In this document: positions 61,750-64,000 of the stretch, piece by piece
Position numbering within the stretch: the first letter of the stretch is position 1
Layout: each line of letters starts with the position of its first letter
NCBI GenBank assembly: GCA_035409945.1
Contig: DAONQC010000005.1
Span: forward strand, 57,075-121,074
DNA length: 64,000 nt
Reading direction: 5' to 3'
Origin: Clostridia bacterium
GTDB taxonomy: Bacteria > Bacillota > Clostridia > Christensenellales > DTU072
Position numbers and translations under genes: made by a program
The notes under the pieces: model-generated
Seen by the model: only the letters and a program-made list of their open reading frames with translations
The model's database searches: none
Told to the model about the DNA's origin: nothing

Positions 61750-61777
61750 CTGCACTTTTTCAATAGTTTAAATTATG

Positions 61778-61800
61778 GAGGGCGTAAATTTTACGCCCTC
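61778..61800. terminator. Terminator hairpin between convergent genes
   Basis: GAGGGCGTAA-att-TTACGCCCTC perfect stem. Confidence 0.7.
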
Positions 61801-61851
61801 ACAAGAGACCCATAGCGGTCTATTTTTTACTTTCTACTTAACCGAACATTT

Positions 61852-63036
61852 TTATTGTAGGTTTTCCAACAGTAAAAAATCCTTTAGTTTTATATGCTCA
61901 ACAACGCTGGTCGAATAATCAATATCGTCATTGGTTATTATTATTTTTTTCGAAAGATTATCTATATCCGAAAACGCAAGAAATTCCCTATTGTAAGCTT
62001 TTTCTTCTGCAACACTATATGCAACTTGTACATAATATTGTTTATTATCTTTCGTCGCTAAAAAGTCGATTTCTTTTCCTTTATTATCGTATACATAAAT
62101 CTCGTAATCCATATATGCTAGCTCGTTATATACTATATTTTCGAGATTGTGAGTTAAGTCAAAGCGATTGTTTAATACACGCAAAGAATTGAAGCAAACA
62201 TCGGCGTTATATGTTTTTACGCGATAGGATAATTCTTTTTTTGCTTTCGTCGAGTATTGTTTTACTGTGTCAATAATGTACGCTTCCTCTAAATATCCTA
62301 AGTATTTTATTACTGTATTAATCGAACAACTGACACCATCTTTTTTAAGATAATTATGAATAGAATTTGCTGAAAAAATACGACTGTTACTGCGTAATAT
62401 ATAATTTACTAGGTTTTTAAATATCCCTTCCTTTCTTATCCTATGTCTTCTAATTAAGTCATTGAGAACAATTGTGTCATCTAAATCATTTAAATATCTG
62501 ATTTGCGCCTCTTGTGAATCTAACTCAAATCTTTGAGGAAAACCGCCCCATATAAGATAATCAGCTATAGTCACCTCTTTACCTAATACTTTGGCATATT
62601 CCAAAATTTCTTTATATATAAATGGTCTAATACGAAAAGCAACATATCTTCCAGAAAGTTCTTTAGTAAACTCACCAGATAGTAATGTAGAATTTGAGCC
62701 CGTAATGAATAATGAATTGTCGTAAAGTCGCAAAGTTCTACATGCATACTGCCAACCATCCAGCATTTGTATCTCATCTAGAAATAAATAGCATTTACCA
62801 CTTTTTTTATGTTCTTCAACATATTTGATTAGTTTATCTGCAGTTGTTATATTACCAGAAACCTTTTTGTCTTCAAAGTTTAAATAAATAACATTGTCGT
62901 TTTTTTCACCTATCTCTGCTGCGATTTGTTGCAAAATAACCGACTTTCCGCACCTGCGAATGCCAGTAATTATCTTTATTAAGTTGGACTCATAAAACGG
63001 TCTTATCTTTTGTATATAATGTTCTCTTTTAATCAT
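61852..63036 (-). CDS. AAA+ ATP-binding protein (AAA_14 + DUF4143 type) with C-terminal PD-(D/E)xK-like motif
   Basis: GIRRCGKS, LFLDEIQ, ITGSNS, WGGFP, LENIVYNEL, EIDF...YYVQVAY. Confidence 0.9.
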   Translation of the reverse strand: MIKREHYIQKIRPFYESNLIKIITGIRRCGKSVILQQIAAEIGEKNDNVIYLNFEDKKVSGNITTADKLIKYVEEHKKSGKCYLFLDEIQMLDGWQYACRTLRLYDNSLFITGSNSTLLSGEFTKELSGRYVAFRIRPFIYKEILEYAKVLGKEVTIADYLIWGGFPQRFELDSQEAQIRYLNDLDDTIVLNDLIRRHRIRKEGIFKNLVNYILRSNSRIFSANSIHNYLKKDGVSCSINTVIKYLGYLEEAYIIDTVKQYSTKAKKELSYRVKTYNADVCFNSLRVLNNRFDLTHNLENIVYNELAYMDYEIYVYDNKGKEIDFLATKDNKQYYVQVAYSVAEEKAYNREFLAFSDIDNLSKKIIITNDDIDYSTSVVEHIKLKDFLLLENLQ

Positions 63037-63080
63037 ATCTCACCTCTACTAGTAAGTGCCCTATTATCATTTATCACATA

Positions 63081-63180
63081 AATTATACTGAAAATTTTTG
63101 ACTATTTCAATAAAAACTTTCACTATACTGAAAGATTTTGTTCGTTTTTGCAATTTCATTCACTATACTGAAAGATTTTG
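63081..63180. repeat. Three direct repeats at exact 40-bp period upstream of the AAA+ gene
   Basis: TATACTGAAA at 63084, 63124 and 63164; CACTATACTGAAAGATTTTG identical at 63121 and 63161. Confidence 0.9.
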
Positions 63181-63216
63181 CAAAATCGGCACTTTTTATT
63201 CAGTAGAAAATAGAAT

Positions 63217-63328
63217 GAGTATAGCAACTCCTCAATTCATGTCCCGCCAGATGCACCAGAAAAGGAAATAAAGCGAGCATAGCACTCCGCAATTTATATC
63301 CAGCCTGACAGCACAAGCAAATGAAAAT
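63217..63328. repeat. Two-copy degenerate tandem repeat, 58-bp period
   Basis: GAG(T/C)ATAGCA.CTCC.CAATT.AT.TCC.GCC.GA at 63217 and 63275. Confidence 0.75.
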
Positions 63329-63424
63329 GGACTAGATTTATAACAGGGGGAGCAGTTTAGGCAACAAAAAAGAGCCACGCTAAATAACGTGACTCCTCTA
63401 AATCAATGTGTTTTTAGTTTTTAA

Positions 63425-64000
63425 TTAACCAAGGTATTCTTCTAGAATTTTTTCTATCTTTTTGGTATTCATCTCCATAGTGTCTTTTAAATCTTTTTCA
63501 AGTTTTATCTTATTTTTCTCATTTAATTCAAAGTATTTATCAGGAGTATGAGATGTTACAAAGTCAGTATATGCTGCTTGTTTTTTGGAGCTTTCTATCG
63601 TTTTTCTAATCTTATCGTAGTATGTAGCACCGGTGTTATCAAAAGTTCTATTAAGATATGCTAACTTTTCCGCATCATTTGCAAAAGTTAATTCCTTATC
63701 TTTAGTATCATTTGCAAACGGAACAAAACTAATCGCTACCATATGAGGACCATATACAGAATACCTATAAATTAGTCCTACCGTTCCATCATCTTTAAGA
63801 CCAAATGCGTTTCCAACCTTGTCATCGCCAACTTTATCATTGTCGTATGCAAATACAGCTTTACTTAATTCAACGAAGTTTGTATCCCACGAGCTACTTG
63901 TACCATAATATCCGAGTGAGTTATTTTTTATTCCACCATCTTCGGAATAGATGTACATGTATTCTTCAAACTTTGCTAAAGCGGCTTTACCCCTTTCTTC
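63425..64000 (-). CDS. C-terminal part of a protein starting beyond the window; possibly parvulin/PrsA-like foldase
   Basis: Frame open to the window edge; FVELSKAVF...SVYGPHMV resembles the parvulin C-terminal motif; helical tail. Confidence 0.45.
   Translation of the reverse strand, partial: EERGKAALAKFEEYMYIYSEDGGIKNNSLGYYGTSSSWDTNFVELSKAVFAYDNDKVGDDKVGNAFGLKDDGTVGLIYRYSVYGPHMVAISFVPFANDTKDKELTFANDAEKLAYLNRTFDNTGATYYDKIRKTIESSKKQAAYTDFVTSHTPDKYFELNEKNKIKLEKDLKDTMEMNTKKIEKILEEYLG

Noticed and set aside
61472..61771. Alternative-frame and antisense ORFs over the histone-like gene
   Set aside because: By-products of the low-complexity repeat; only the 61426 frame has an RBS
63081..63180. 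Mini CRISPR array or plasmid iterons
   Set aside because: Spacers only about 20 bp, three units, no cas or rep gene in the window

Overview
AT-rich bacterial chromosomal window. Gene content, lipoprotein signals and sigma-A-type promoters suggest an anaerobic Firmicute (Clostridia-like); this is an inference. About 31 CDS, mostly on the minus strand: an oligopeptide ABC binding protein and permease start, a glycerol/polyol-phosphate oxidation cluster ending in an alkyl-DHAP-synthase-like flavoprotein, ABC exporters, a small accessory patch (AbiE-type type IV toxin-antitoxin pair, orphan second antitoxin, standalone RNA ligase), GH2 and GH20 glycosidases, a 3100-aa repeat adhesin, a P-type ATPase group, a sugar symporter and oxidoreductase, DUF1846, a Cys4/histone-H1-like small protein and an AAA+ ATPase. 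No rRNA, intact tRNA, CRISPR array, integrase or transposase was seen. Three main observations. (1) A 2180-aa secreted M6 metalloprotease with RCC1 and Ig-like repeats ends in a dockerin and is followed by a lipoprotein with a cohesin-like domain, i.e. a candidate non-cellulosomal, membrane-anchored protease complex. (2) At least six genes are followed about 95-137 bp downstream by decayed copies of their own last codons, many differences being synonymous; one copy preserves what looks like the ancestral ATGA coupling to the next gene. (3) The giant adhesin's ATG and signal-peptide start are one base out of frame at an A6 tract. All alignments were made by eye and no database was searched.
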